Positions 48,546 to 58,966 of a DNA stretch of 64,000 nucleotides are shown in pieces (position 1 is the stretch's first letter; each line of letters opens with the position of its first letter). This stretch comes from Bacillota bacterium. GTDB lineage: Bacteria > Bacillota > UBA994. The notes beneath the pieces are model-generated. The model made no database searches, was not told where the DNA came from, and saw only the letters and a list, made by a program, of their open reading frames with translations. The stretch is from NCBI GenBank assembly GCA_009773495.1, contig WSXW01000003.1, forward strand, positions 70,551 through 134,550, read 5' to 3'. The translations under genes and the position numbers were made by a program.

Positions 48546-48932
48546 TTACAACTTCCCTGCCATGCGTAACGACTCAAGTCCAGAATCTAGAAGTGACTTA
48601 TCAATAAGTTGCAGATCTTTGATTGCCTGCGTCGGAAAATCGCGATAGGGACGTTCTTTAACCATCCTCCGGGCAACTTCAAGACATCCTTCAGCAATCT
48701 GTACTGATTGGTAGTCTACACCTAAATCGCCCTTGGTAACCACAACGGACCTAAACGGATTTTCGTTAGGCTTGACACTTCCGGCAAATGGATGTGTTAG
48801 CAAATGATGGCCTAAATGAACAAGATCTCGTACCCTCTCCAGTACCGGCACGACTCCGTAATCAGTTACATGTATATCTGTTGAGGTGAGTTCTACAGTT
48901 GGGTTATTGCTGACTATTGTTATGTATCTCAT
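48546..48932 (-). CDS. grdX: glycine reductase complex component GrdX (putative)
   Basis: 128-aa protein in the first position of the grdX-trxB-trxA-grdE-grdA-grdB-grdC-grdD order conserved in glycine reductase operons. GAAGGAA RBS upstream. Confidence 0.5.
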   Translation of the reverse strand: MRYITIVSNNPTVELTSTDIHVTDYGVVPVLERVRDLVHLGHHLLTHPFAGSVKPNENPFRSVVVTKGDLGVDYQSVQIAEGCLEVARRMVKERPYRDFPTQAIKDLQLIDKSLLDSGLESLRMAGKL

Positions 48933-49191
48933 GGCGCGGTTCCTTCAATACCTTTTCAATAGCTCTAGTCAACTCAATGATGGTATCGGCTGCGATCTGG
49001 ACGTCGAGTGAGCTCACCCTAGTGAATATGGCCCCTCGCTCTGTCACGACGTAGCGCGGCGGTAGGTTGTTTAGCGCAATCGCCATGATGTCATACCTGC
49101 ACCTTTCGCACGTGCAAATCTTTACGATATTAGGTAGCATCTCGTCCAATTTTTCGAATACAATGTCTTGAGTTATGTTCTTGAGCAGCAT
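48904..49191 (-). CDS. ComFB-like small Cys-rich protein
   Basis: CTCERCRYDIMAIALNNLPPRYV pattern (CxCxxC plus ALNxLPPxY), reminiscent of the ComFB family. It is the first gene after the glycine riboswitch. Start is at MLLKNIT, with AAGGTGG upstream. Confidence 0.45.
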   Translation of the reverse strand: MLLKNITQDIVFEKLDEMLPNIVKICTCERCRYDIMAIALNNLPPRYVVTERGAIFTRVSSLDVQIAADTIIELTRAIEKVLKEPRHEIHNNSQQ

Positions 49192-49209
49192 ACAATAACC
49201 ACCTTTCAT

Positions 49210-49415
49210 AAAAAAATGAACGGCAAAGCATGCCGCCCAATTCTCTGTCCTGAAATACCTGAGAGATTCCGCGGCCCTCCGCTTGCTCCTTCGGTGCCAT
49301 AACTGGCTTTCCAGAGTGCTGTCAGCAGTGCGGTCCTTTTGCCTGAGAGTTTATGCTGCCTTTGGCGAAAGGTCAGATTGCTCCTTCGGCGCCCCAGTAG
49401 GGGTCTCTCCCGCTA
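49210..49415 (-). promoter_or_regulatory. tandem glycine riboswitch (two aptamers) with a terminator, leader of the grd operon
   Basis: Aptamer 1 on the minus strand reads GGGAGAGACCCCUACUGGGGCGCCGAAGGAGCAAUCUGACC...CUCUCAGGCAAAAGGACCG. Aptamer 2 reads CUCUGGAAAGCC...GGCACCGAAGGAGCAAGCGGAGGGCC...CUCUCAGGUAUUUCAG. Both have the GGAGAG / ACCGAAGGNGCAA / CUCAGG cores. They are followed by a GGGCGGCA-ugcuu-UGCCGUUC hairpin, a U7 run and then the ATG. Confidence 0.85.
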
Positions 49416-49589
49416 GCTTCTTCCAGCTAGTATGTTGTTCTTACCTAGAGAATATCATGCTTAAGACAAGCCTGCAAGGCAAATTTAGACTATGGGGCAG
49501 GAATAGACCTCGCTGCGGTAGAATAGTGTACTAGACTGAGCACATCGACAAAAATCTGGATATTTATTGTGAAAGGGGTAGTGATCACG

Positions 49590-50432
49590 GTGACTCGTAA
49601 GGTGACTATTATTACTGATAGCGCTGCAGACCTACCACGTGAGATTGCTTTACAACGTAATATACGCATAGTACCCTTGTATGTGACACTAGGGGACGAT
49701 ACCTTTAAAGACGGGGTGGAGTTAACCCCCGATGAACTCTATCTCAAAATGAAGTTCGACAAGGCTGTGCCTCGTACCAGCCAGCCCTCCCCAGAGGATT
49801 TCCGCCTGGCCTTTGAGGAATCCTCCCCTCCACATGTCCTTTGTCTGACTATATCCGCAAACCTTAGCGGTACACTCCAGAGTGCGGAACTGTCAAAAGA
49901 ATTATTATCCGAATCAGTACAAGTTACTACATACAATACCAAGAACGCCTCCCTTGGCGAGGGGCTAAAGGTACTAATAGCAGATGACCTTGCCCAAATA
50001 GGGCTCTCGGTCTGCGAGATTATCAACAGGCTAGACGCGCTTAAGCTGCGCACTATTTTTACCGTGGATCATCTACAATACCTTGAGCGAGGCGGGCGCA
50101 TTTCTAAGGCCCAAGCTACGATGGCTGCAGTGCTCGATATTAAACCTATCCTCACGATGTCGTCGAATGGCCTCATCGAGAATGTGACCAAAGTTAGGAG
50201 TCGGCAAAAATCTATCCGCTATCTCTTAGAGCAAATGGAACAGGATCTTACTTCACAGTACGCTGGCTACATTGCCCTAAGCTACGCTTTCTGCCCCGAG
50301 GAAGCAGAAAAAGTCTTAGCTGTAATTCAGACTAAATACCCCCAAGCAAAAATAGTGACTGGACCCATCGGCGCAGCCATCGGCTCGCATACCGGACCAG
50401 GCTGCCTCGCACTGTTCTACGAACTGAAGTAA
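49590..50432 (+). CDS. DegV-family fatty-acid-binding protein
   Basis: VTIITDSAADLP N-terminus and the DegV fold. Length is about 280 aa. Confidence 0.8.
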   Translation: MTRKVTIITDSAADLPREIALQRNIRIVPLYVTLGDDTFKDGVELTPDELYLKMKFDKAVPRTSQPSPEDFRLAFEESSPPHVLCLTISANLSGTLQSAELSKELLSESVQVTTYNTKNASLGEGLKVLIADDLAQIGLSVCEIINRLDALKLRTIFTVDHLQYLERGGRISKAQATMAAVLDIKPILTMSSNGLIENVTKVRSRQKSIRYLLEQMEQDLTSQYAGYIALSYAFCPEEAEKVLAVIQTKYPQAKIVTGPIGAAIGSHTGPGCLALFYELK

Positions 50433-50508
50433 CCAAAAGAGCGTGTCTATGGTCGTAGTATTGCTTCTGACGAGCAGGATAATCGTCCACGCTAAAATCC
50501 TGTGTAGG

Positions 50509-50552
50509 GCACGACCACGCTAAAAGGGGCTGTTACTGCAACAGCCCCTTTT
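50509..50552. repeat. conserved hairpin-terminator element, copy 2 (bidirectional terminator between degV and selD)
   Basis: GCACGACCACGCTAAAAGGGGCTGTTACTGCAACAGCCCCTTTTG. The 9-bp stem is perfect, with A-runs and T-runs on both sides. It shares the flank with the copy at 18888. Confidence 0.65.
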
Positions 50553-50587
50553 GCACACAGCGCATCTTCTAGTGATGTGATTCGTCG

Positions 50588-51661
50588 TCACAGCTCAGTT
50601 TCATGTTGAACTGCAAAGCACTTGCGTTCCACCACTTTTATGGGCCCTGCACTGCCGGATTTGCATTCACCCACACAGGCGGCGTCTACTCCAGCCGCAC
50701 GCAGTTGCTTTAGGGCCTCAGCAACGCGCTCTGCTGGCACTGCAAACAACAAGCCTCCACTCGTCTGCGGATCATACAGAATATCTCTTATTCTTTCCTC
50801 CACACTATCTGCAAACTCCACGCCCACGCCAAAGTGTTCTGCATTTCGATAAGCCCCGACAGGAATGAGTCCCATAGATGCATACTCAGTGGCGCCCGGC
50901 AGCAGAGGTATCTCGGAAACCCACAGCTCTAGCTCAACTTTACTGGCTCGGGCTAGCTCCATACAATGTCCAAGCAGACCAAATCCCGTAATATCAGTGC
51001 CACCACGCACACCAAAGCCCTTAAGTATTTCGGCTGATGTACGGTTAAGCATAGCCATTTGTTGTAATGCAAACGCCACATGAGAATCATCAGCTAAACC
51101 TGCCTTACTGGCTGTAAAAATAATGCCGCTACCTAAAGGCTTTGTCAGAATGAGCTTGTCTGTTGCTCTCGCTCCGGCGTTACTTATAATTTCTTTTGGG
51201 TGCACTGTTCCTGTAATAGATAGACCATATTTAACGTCCTGATTCTCAACTGTATGACCGCCTAAGACAACTACTCCGGCTTCCAGGCACTTGTCTGCCC
51301 CGCCGCGCATTACCTCGCCCATTACCTCAGGTTCAATGCAGGTTGCATAACAAACTATGTTGAGAGCAGTGAGCGGTGTCCCGCCCATAGCGTATACATC
51401 GCTTAAAGAATTAGCGGCAGCTATCTGCCCGAACATATAGGGATCGTCGGTCATGGGTGAGAAGAAGTCTAGCGTCTGCACAAGGGCAACGTCATCGGAA
51501 ATTTGGAATACGCCAGCATCATCACTTGTATCCAAACCAACCAAAACTCGAGCGTCTATAACTGTCGGCATAGCTGCCAGCAGCTTACTAAGGACTCCCG
51601 GTCCTAATTTACTGGCTCAGCCACCTCCTGATGAGAGTTCAGTTAACCTAACGTACCCCAT
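50588..51661 (-). CDS. selD: selenide, water dikinase (selenophosphate synthetase), Sec-containing form (UGA at 51617-51619)
   Basis: Extending the listed ORF upstream in frame gives MGYVRLTELSSGGGU-ASKLGPGVLSKLLAAMPTVIDAR... Sec replaces the active-site Cys. An AGGAC-cggga-GUCCU hairpin starts 11 nt after the UGA. Confidence 0.8.
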
Positions 51662-52590
51662 CGGTGCTTCCTCCCTTCTACTAGCTGACGTGCTTCCGGG
51701 GATCGAAGGAAGTTCGCCAGTTCTGCCACCGCCCGCCCACCATAGCGATGAGGCATAGTAATTAAGAAGAACGGGCGAGCGAACTTAACGCCTGCCAAGC
51801 TTACCGCGGTTGCTGTACCAAGTAAAAGAGACTTTTCAGCGGCGTACATTGACACCAAAGCCACGCCCAAGTTGGCCTCGACCGCGTTAACAGCCGCTAG
51901 GGAAGTTCCCACTTCCAAAACCGGTGTTAGTCGACTTGGCGAAAGACCAGCTGCAGAGAGTTCTCGTTCATATACGGAGCGACTTCCTGAGCCAGAGGCC
52001 CTACCCACAAACGGTTCCCCGTACAATTCCTCGAGAGCGACTTCTTTAAGACGGGCGAAACGGTGACTGGGATTAACTAGAAAAATTATCTCATCACTAA
52101 AAACAGCTTCCGCTCGCACCGTAGGATCTTTTGGCTGAGCGCCTACAATACCAAGATCGAGTTCCCGCCGATTGAGTTTATCTATAATTACGTTGGTGCT
52201 ATCTACTATCAGTCGCGGTTTTACACGCGGATATCTTTGTGTAAAAGCTCTAATGAGCTGCGGGCACAACTGTTCTCCTGGCACAGTACTCGCCCCTAAG
52301 AAAACAGGGCCTGCCACTTCTCCCATCATTTCATCTATCTGCCTGCGAGTGGTATCTACATCGTCTAACAGACGAGCTACACTAAGCGCGGCAAGCTCCC
52401 CTGCGCGCGTTAACTCCATTCCCTTGCTATTGCGTTCGATCAGCTTAGTGCCGAAGTAATCCTCCAAGGCCTGGATATGCATACTCACTGCAGGCTGAGT
52501 GAGGCCAAGCTGCTTGGCAGCTGCAGAAAAAGACCCTGCCTCCATAATAACGGAAAATGTTCGAAAATAGTTCAAATTCACTGCATCCAC
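51643..52590 (-). CDS. LysR-family transcriptional regulator
   Basis: N-terminal HTH FSAAAKQLGLTQPAVSMHIQALE and the LysR substrate-binding domain. Confidence 0.8.
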   Translation of the reverse strand: MDAVNLNYFRTFSVIMEAGSFSAAAKQLGLTQPAVSMHIQALEDYFGTKLIERNSKGMELTRAGELAALSVARLLDDVDTTRRQIDEMMGEVAGPVFLGASTVPGEQLCPQLIRAFTQRYPRVKPRLIVDSTNVIIDKLNRRELDLGIVGAQPKDPTVRAEAVFSDEIIFLVNPSHRFARLKEVALEELYGEPFVGRASGSGSRSVYERELSAAGLSPSRLTPVLEVGTSLAAVNAVEANLGVALVSMYAAEKSLLLGTATAVSLAGVKFARPFFLITMPHRYGGRAVAELANFLRSPEARQLVEGRKHRWGTLG

Positions 52591-52674
52591 CCCACTCGCT
52601 TAATAAGAATAACTATACCATAACCTCACCCCATTTCTCACTTTTTCATAAAGTGAACTGTGAGGGGGTGAAAA

Positions 52675-53793
52675 ATGAACAGACAAAAAATTATTTTCGT
52701 TGCGTCCGATGCCTCATATCCCAGTGTGCTGCGCAGTGTAGGTGTTAGATCCCACCAAGCAAAACTGCTTAGCAACCTGCGTATGGGCATAGCGAAGCTT
52801 ACCGTGCATCAGATCAGCCAACTACAGAACCAACGGTGCATTTCCTGCGTAGTTAGAGACCGACGGGTACATGCCTTAGTCGATAAAGCAGGCACAACCG
52901 TCGGTAGTCGTATAATCAATAAAACTGGCTTAACTGGCAGCGGCGTAACGGTGGCCATAGTGGACACAGGAATTGCGTGCCATCCTGATCTAACCGGACG
53001 CATTGTAGCCTTCAAAGATCTAGTGCAGAGACGTAGCAGGCCATATGACAACAACGGACACGGCACTCACGTTGCTGGCATAGTGGCCGGAAGCGGTCGT
53101 TTATCACAGTTCAGATATGCGGGTATTGCACCGCAGGCCAAGCTGGTGGGAGTTAAAGTGCTAGACAGAAATGGTTCAGGGATGCTTTCCACTGTGCTTA
53201 TGGGCTTGGAGTGGTGCCTCGCCAACAAGGATAAGTATAACATCAAGGTTGTGAATATGTCGTTAGGTGCGCCGGCGGTTACGCCCCACGCTACTGATCC
53301 CATGTGTCACGCAGCACAAAAGCTTAGCGAAGCTGGGATTCTTATCATAGCTGCAGCCGGCAACTCTGGTCCAGCTGAAAAGAGCATTGAATCCCCGGGG
53401 TGCTGTGGAGCTACTGTGGCAGTAGGGGCAGCAAATGATCGTAATACTCTAACACCTGAAGCCTGTACTATAGCCAGCTTCAGCAGTAGAGGTCCAACAC
53501 TCGATAACACGATGAAGCCTGATATATGTGCCCCTGGCGTCAACATTGTTGCGACAAGAGCTAGGCGTCTATATGTACAGAAGCTACAGAGAATTCACCT
53601 TTATAGTTATACCCGCATGTCCGGAACCTCTATGGCTGCCCCCATAGTGAGCGGGGTAGCGGCGCTTCTATTGCAGGGCGATCCATCATTGACTACAGAG
53701 CAGCTAAAGCAAAAGCTATTGGCAGGAACCATCAAGTTATCTAGTCCTGTGACAGCACAAGGTCAGGGGCTCGTCCAAATTAGTCCGGTTTAG
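52675..53793 (+). CDS. subtilisin-like (S8) serine protease with an N-terminal propeptide
   Basis: Catalytic triad motifs VAIVDTGI, HGTHVAG and GTSMAAP. GAGGGGGTG RBS upstream. Confidence 0.8.
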   Translation: MNRQKIIFVASDASYPSVLRSVGVRSHQAKLLSNLRMGIAKLTVHQISQLQNQRCISCVVRDRRVHALVDKAGTTVGSRIINKTGLTGSGVTVAIVDTGIACHPDLTGRIVAFKDLVQRRSRPYDNNGHGTHVAGIVAGSGRLSQFRYAGIAPQAKLVGVKVLDRNGSGMLSTVLMGLEWCLANKDKYNIKVVNMSLGAPAVTPHATDPMCHAAQKLSEAGILIIAAAGNSGPAEKSIESPGCCGATVAVGAANDRNTLTPEACTIASFSSRGPTLDNTMKPDICAPGVNIVATRARRLYVQKLQRIHLYSYTRMSGTSMAAPIVSGVAALLLQGDPSLTTEQLKQKLLAGTIKLSSPVTAQGQGLVQISPV

Positions 53794-53794
53794 G

Positions 53795-53830
53795 TAACGG
53801 GCGGAGAGTGTATCTCTGCCCGTTATTCTT
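53795..53830 (+). terminator. terminator after the protease gene
   Basis: AACGGGC...GCCCGTT hairpin followed by ATTCTT. Confidence 0.5.
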
Positions 53831-53956
53831 GTCCCCCAGACTTAAATGAAGACTTTACCAAGAACTTGGTTAGTTTAACAGGAGAAATGTTTGAAAAACC
53901 TTGTTAAGATTTTTCAAAGCGCGTACAATAAAGACGACAAGTTGGAGGTGTAGTCA

Positions 53957-54394
53957 ATGCTTGAGTTAGTAGAAAGATTTGAGAGCTTTCTATCGTTCTT
54001 ACCCCGTCTCCACAAGAAGGTCTTTGCTGGCTGCCAAGCTCTAGAGCAGCTTAACATGACTCCTAGTCAATTCAACACCCTACAGGTCGTAGCTCATCGC
54101 CCCGAATGGCGCATGACTGACCTTTCTACCCGTTTGCATGTTTCTGCGGGTAGTTTAACGACCATGATGAATCGGTTAATAGAATTAGAGTTAATAGAGC
54201 GCACCCGCAGCACCACTGACAGGCGCGTTGTTACAGTCAAGCTTACTGACAAAGGTACTACCATACTCCAAAGCGGTCGTGACCATATGCGGTCAACGCT
54301 TGCTGCTATCCTTGCTACCTTACCCCCTGCGGATAGGGAAGAGTTGCGTGTTTCCCTGGAAACTATGAACGGCATCATGAACAAGATCGTGTAG
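53957..54394 (+). CDS. MarR-family transcriptional regulator
   Basis: Winged-HTH MarR pattern (LTPSQFNTLQVV ... LIERTRSTTDRRVVTVKLTDKG). It is preceded by TTGTTA-17-TACAAT. Confidence 0.75.
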   Translation: MLELVERFESFLSFLPRLHKKVFAGCQALEQLNMTPSQFNTLQVVAHRPEWRMTDLSTRLHVSAGSLTTMMNRLIELELIERTRSTTDRRVVTVKLTDKGTTILQSGRDHMRSTLAAILATLPPADREELRVSLETMNGIMNKIV

Positions 54395-54396
54395 TC

Positions 54397-54426
54397 AAAC
54401 AGCGCCGGAGAGGCGCTGTTTTTTTA
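54397..54426 (+). terminator. rho-independent terminator after marR
   Basis: AACAGCGCC-ggaga-GGCGCTGTT followed by T8. Confidence 0.75.
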
Positions 54427-54499
54427 TGGCCATAGCTTTTACCTTGAACGAAAACACTTGGATGGCGTTCCCTAGAGGCTTTCGGCCGGAGGCCGGGCA

Positions 54500-54533
54500 T
54501 AAAAAAAAGCCCGGGGTCTGCACACCGGGTTTG
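54500..54533 (-). terminator. rho-independent terminator after tRNA-Sec
   Basis: On the minus strand, ACCCGG-ugugcagac-CCCGGG followed by U8. Confidence 0.6.
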
Positions 54534-54563
54534 TAAAGGGGTATTACCTATGATACTCCACTT

Positions 54564-54659
54564 TGGCGGGAGTATGTGGGAATCGAACCCACCGCGGACT
54601 GAGTCTAGCCCGCTGCCGGATTTGAAGTCCGGAAGGCACACCAGAACCTATCTACTCCC
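54564..54659 (-). tRNA. selC: tRNA-Sec (anticodon UCA)
   Basis: Minus strand reads GGGAGUAGAUAGGUUCUGGUGUGCCUUCCGGACUUCAAAUCCGGCAGCGGGCUAGACUCAGUCCGCGGUGGGUUCGAUUCCCACAUACUCCCGCCA. It has an anticodon loop CUUCAAA, a long variable arm, a GGGUUCGAUUCCC T-arm and an encoded CCA. It lies immediately downstream of selB. Confidence 0.85.
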
Positions 54660-54669
54660 AAGACCTAGT

Positions 54670-56601
54670 TTAGCATGGTAGATTAGCACTGTCAAAGGAA
54701 CTGTTAAGCCTGCGGCTTTCTCCCACTCGCAAAGTAAGCTTTTTCTGATCAAAATATTCTAGTAAAGGCAGAGCAAATTTGCGGCTGCTATCTAGCATGG
54801 TGCGAAATGTAGCTAAGGTCAATTCTTGTTCCTGCGCGAAATGCTCCTGTACCATATCCTTGGCTTGGCATACGGCTGCTCGTGCAAAATACATACCTTC
54901 TGCTATCTTCACTAGCTCTTGCGCTTCGACGAGTGCATCTAAGAGCTCTCGCATGTCTTCAGCAGACAGCTTGATACTATCGACTATTTCTTCCATAGTC
55001 GGGGGGCTATACATTTGCTTAGAGTACAAGCTCAAGGCCAGGTCACGCGCCCGCTGCCATTTTCCGGTGAACTGAACTGTAAAATCGTTGAGAGCAACCG
55101 CACGAGCAGTCAACTTGAGTCTGGCCTCGCCTTGTAACGCCAATAACAGTGCGCTAAAGACTCTGGCGTTAACGGACGGCAATATCCGGCTACGCAACTC
55201 CTCGCGCGATATGCCAGCCCTTAAAGGATAACGCTTATGATGGTCAGCTAAAATCGTAGCGAACCTTTCGCTGAGGTGCGCGATCGTATCGCGATGAATA
55301 ACGTAATCTACATCGTCTGCGCGCATCTCAACAACGAGTTCTTCACTAATTAATAGTTCTAAGGCGTCCTCGGCATCAGCTTTACCAACAGACTTTAGGA
55401 CTTCTTGACGGCTTAATAATCGATCATTATACCTCGCGATGCGTTGGCTTAAGATATCTGCTGTACTGCCGCTTTCTAAAACGCTTAGCTCATGCAGTCC
55501 TTTTTCCTTAAATCTCTTACGTTTCTCTGGAAGTGGGTCGAGAACAGTCCCGCCACCTATGGTAACCATGGGGGAATATGAGCGCATCACGAAACGGTCG
55601 CCGGCCCTTAGTGCAGTTGGCTCCTCCAGACGAAACTGAACAAAAGCGCTCTCACTAGGCAACAACTCTTGGCTGTCTAGCAGTACTACCCTGCACAGAA
55701 TCTCAGCTGTACCTGCATACAGTCGGACTCTCTGACGGTTGCTCAATATTTTCTCCACGTCAGGGAGCAGCGTCACCCGCGCATCCAACATCATGGTCGG
55801 TGTAAGGGAGCCGGGCGCAGTAAGAATATCTCCACGGTTCACCTGTTCAACTGTCACTCCTGCCAGATTCAAGGCGGTCCTTTGTCCCGCTTCAGCCCGA
55901 TCAACTTGCTTGCCGTGTACCCCCACTCCCCTTACTCTCACAAAGAGCTGAGAAGGCTGAATTTCTACTGTATCACCGGGTCGAACGGTGCCGGAAAGTA
56001 GCGTACCGGTAACCACTGTTCCAAAGCCTTGGACAGTGAATACGCGATCAATTGGCAGACGAAAAGGCAAGTTAGAATCGCGCGGATTTACGTCTTCACA
56101 AAAACGGTCTATCGTATCCGTTAGCTCCGGCAGTCCTCTTCCTGTGATTGCAGATACGGGTATAATGGGGGCTTCAGCCAGACATGTACCCTGAACCTTG
56201 TCACGAATTTCGAGCATAACAAGTTCTAGCCACTCCTCCTCAACTAGGTCGGCCTTAGTTAATACGACAATTCCTTGTTTCACCTGCAATAACGAGAGGA
56301 TGTGCAGGTGCTCTGCTGTCTGTGGCATTACACCTTCATCAGCGGCGACAATTAATAACACTAGATCCATGCCGCCAACACCAGCCAACATATTCTTAAT
56401 GAACTTTTCATGCCCAGGTACATCTACTATGCCCGCCCTGCGCCCGCTAGGTAGGTCAAAATAGGCAAAACCCAAATCTATGGTGATGCCCCGCAATTTT
56501 TCTTCCTTGAGTCGGTCGCAATCAATATTTGTTAAAGCTTTGACTAGAGTCGTCTTACCATGGTCAATATGACCAGCTGTACCAATTATGACGTGCTTCA
56601 T
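54670..56601 (-). CDS. selB: selenocysteine-specific elongation factor
   Basis: GTPase G1 motif [10 protein letters not shown] and EF-Tu-like domains, plus a long C-terminal winged-helix SECIS-binding extension. Length is 643 aa. Confidence 0.85.
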   Translation of the reverse strand: MKHVIIGTAGHIDHGKTTLVKALTNIDCDRLKEEKLRGITIDLGFAYFDLPSGRRAGIVDVPGHEKFIKNMLAGVGGMDLVLLIVAADEGVMPQTAEHLHILSLLQVKQGIVVLTKADLVEEEWLELVMLEIRDKVQGTCLAEAPIIPVSAITGRGLPELTDTIDRFCEDVNPRDSNLPFRLPIDRVFTVQGFGTVVTGTLLSGTVRPGDTVEIQPSQLFVRVRGVGVHGKQVDRAEAGQRTALNLAGVTVEQVNRGDILTAPGSLTPTMMLDARVTLLPDVEKILSNRQRVRLYAGTAEILCRVVLLDSQELLPSESAFVQFRLEEPTALRAGDRFVMRSYSPMVTIGGGTVLDPLPEKRKRFKEKGLHELSVLESGSTADILSQRIARYNDRLLSRQEVLKSVGKADAEDALELLISEELVVEMRADDVDYVIHRDTIAHLSERFATILADHHKRYPLRAGISREELRSRILPSVNARVFSALLLALQGEARLKLTARAVALNDFTVQFTGKWQRARDLALSLYSKQMYSPPTMEEIVDSIKLSAEDMRELLDALVEAQELVKIAEGMYFARAAVCQAKDMVQEHFAQEQELTLATFRTMLDSSRKFALPLLEYFDQKKLTLRVGESRRLNSSFDSANLPC

Positions 56602-57977
56602 GATTTTTCCCCAGCTGCCTTACGTAGGGATACTAACAAGTCCTCGGTATCGTGAGGGAGAATGGTACGGGGATCAAGCAACACCCGATCGTGAAGTATT
56701 CTAGCTATAACGGGGATCTCAGCCTGCCGGAGACGCCCTTCGAAGCTCACACAACTCAGGGGAGAGGTAATCGCTACAGCAAAGCCTGGTATATCTCTGC
56801 CCGGCAGGGAACCTCCCCCCACCTGGCCGACGCATTCAATAACTTGCGCAGTAAGTCCTGCTATGGCGTTAACCTTATCTCTAAGTTCCTCTGCTGCATG
56901 AAACAAATCATCCTGACTCAAATTTAGCATGCGCACGAGGGGTATCTCCTGCCTATGCTCGGCGTGACGATAAAGTCTGAGGGTACTTTCTAAGGCGGCC
57001 AGAGTCATCTTATCGAGGCGCAAGGCCCGTGCTAAGGGGTGAGTGCGTATGCGAGCAATGCATTCGGCCTTACCTACAATCAGGCCAGCCTGTGGCCCTC
57101 CCATGAGCTTGTCGCCACTAAAGGTGACTATATCCATGCCTGTCGCCACGATTTCCTGCACCGTTGGCTCCCCGTAACCGGCAATCAACACGCCACTGCC
57201 TAAATCCTCAATTGCCAGCAACCCATGCTGATGACTAAGTTCTACAAGTGCTTCGGTACTTACATCTTCAGTGAAACCAATCACGCGAAAATTGCTCGTG
57301 TGCACCTTGAGTAAAGCCGCTGTATTGTGATTAATAACCCGTTCGTAATCACTAAGGTGAGTTTTGTTTGTTGCGCCTACCTCGCGTAGTAAGGCCCCGC
57401 CTTGTTCCATAACATCAGGAATTCTAAAGGATCCCCCTACTTCCACAAGTTGTCCGCGCGAAACAACGACCTCTTTACCCTGGGCCAAAGAGCTTAACAC
57501 CAGTAGTACAGCCGCTGCGTTGTTATTGACAGCTATTGCATCTTCGCATCCAGTTATCTCCCGCAGCAACTCCCGCACGTGGTCATGCCTGCTACCACGT
57601 TCACCCCTAGTCAGATCATATTCCAAGTTCGAATAGCCTCGAGCAGCCTGAACTACCGCGGCAATTGCTTGTTCCGCCAAAGGTGCGCGACCCAAGTTCG
57701 TGTGTAAAGGTATGCCTGTAGCGTTAATGACTCTCCGCAGGCTAGGAGAGTTACGCCGCTTAGTCTCTTTTGCAACCATCTCACCTATACTACTTATGGA
57801 TATCAGAATATCTAGTGATTGCGAGCCAATAGCTATCGACTCCCGTAGCTCTTGTAAAACGTTGCGCAGCACCACAACGACCTGTTCCCTCCCATGCTCA
57901 GCAACTAGGTCTTGGATAGCTCTGTTAGCGAGCAAATCATCCATCTTGGGTATCAGCCTGTACAGGTCACTGGTCAT
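56598..57977 (-). CDS. selA: L-seryl-tRNA(Sec) selenium transferase
   Basis: 459-aa PLP enzyme with the SelA pattern. Its stop overlaps the selB start by 4 nt. Confidence 0.8.
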   Translation of the reverse strand: MTSDLYRLIPKMDDLLANRAIQDLVAEHGREQVVVVLRNVLQELRESIAIGSQSLDILISISSIGEMVAKETKRRNSPSLRRVINATGIPLHTNLGRAPLAEQAIAAVVQAARGYSNLEYDLTRGERGSRHDHVRELLREITGCEDAIAVNNNAAAVLLVLSSLAQGKEVVVSRGQLVEVGGSFRIPDVMEQGGALLREVGATNKTHLSDYERVINHNTAALLKVHTSNFRVIGFTEDVSTEALVELSHQHGLLAIEDLGSGVLIAGYGEPTVQEIVATGMDIVTFSGDKLMGGPQAGLIVGKAECIARIRTHPLARALRLDKMTLAALESTLRLYRHAEHRQEIPLVRMLNLSQDDLFHAAEELRDKVNAIAGLTAQVIECVGQVGGGSLPGRDIPGFAVAITSPLSCVSFEGRLRQAEIPVIARILHDRVLLDPRTILPHDTEDLLVSLRKAAGEKS

Positions 57978-58902
57978 GGCCGGTCACCCCGCTCAGATAC
58001 TTCTCAACGATAGATGCGACCAGTGCGCCATCTCCGACAGCAGTGGCCACTTGACGCAACACCTTTTGCCTGACGTCCCCTGCTACCAATACACCTTCAA
58101 CCGATGTACTTAAGTGCTGGTCAGCAACAACATAACCGCTATGGTCGAGCTCAATGATTGTGCGCAAAAACTCGGTATTAGGCTGGAGTCCGATATAGAT
58201 AAATATCCCATCGACCGGGATAGTTTCAATCTCGCCAGATTTTACGTTAGCCAGGGTGAGAGATGTTACTTTGGTGTCACCATAAATGGCTTCTACAATG
58301 GTATCGAATTTCACTGTTATCTGTGGGTTACGCATAGCTCGTTTAGTAAGAATAGGCGTAGCACGGAACGAATCGCGGCGATGCACGAGAATTACCTCTT
58401 TGGCGAAGCGAGTGAGAAAAACTGCTTCTTCTACCGCGGAATCAGAACCGCCTACTACGACCACCCTTTTGTCTCTGTATAAAGCCCCGTCACAAGTAGC
58501 GCAATATGACACCCCTGTGCCCCTAAACCTAAGCTCGCCCGGCACGCCTAGTTCCCGCGGGGAGGCACCCGTAGCCACGATAACACACTTAGCCTGATAT
58601 GTGCCGCCGTGCCCCTCCAGGAGCTTAACTGGCCCTACCAGTTCAAGTCTGTGGATTTCGTCGTAGATCACCTCAGCCCCAAAACGCTGCGCTTGGTCTA
58701 GCATTGATAACGCTAGATCTACACCGCCTATACCTTGAGCAAAGCCAGGGTAGTTTTCGATACTAGCTGTAGTGGCCATTTGCCCACCCGGTGCGAGCTT
58801 CTCAATAACGACTGTTTTGAGGCTAGCTCGGGCACAGTAGAGTGCCGCCGTTAACCCTGCTGGACCTGCTCCTAAGATGCAGACATCGTATATCTTGCTC
58901 AC
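57967..58902 (-). CDS. trxB: thioredoxin reductase
   Basis: GAGPAG FAD motif and CATCDG redox centre, 311 aa, GTG start. Its stop overlaps the selA start. Confidence 0.85.
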   Translation of the reverse strand: MSKIYDVCILGAGPAGLTAALYCARASLKTVVIEKLAPGGQMATTASIENYPGFAQGIGGVDLALSMLDQAQRFGAEVIYDEIHRLELVGPVKLLEGHGGTYQAKCVIVATGASPRELGVPGELRFRGTGVSYCATCDGALYRDKRVVVVGGSDSAVEEAVFLTRFAKEVILVHRRDSFRATPILTKRAMRNPQITVKFDTIVEAIYGDTKVTSLTLANVKSGEIETIPVDGIFIYIGLQPNTEFLRTIIELDHSGYVVADQHLSTSVEGVLVAGDVRQKVLRQVATAVGDGALVASIVEKYLSGVTGHDQ

Positions 58903-58921
58903 GTTAGATTTCCCCCTCCCC

Positions 58922-58962
58922 CAAAAAAATATAAAGACCCACGCGACAATGCCCGTGGGTCG
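58922..58962 (-). terminator. rho-independent terminator after the HMA-domain gene
   Basis: GACCCACG-ggcattgtcg-CGTGGGTC followed by a U-run on the minus strand. Confidence 0.6.
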
Positions 58963-58966
58963 AGAC

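Noticed and set aside
54375-54641. 88-aa minus-strand ORF
   Set aside because: - It overlaps tRNA-Sec and its terminator.
- It has no RBS.
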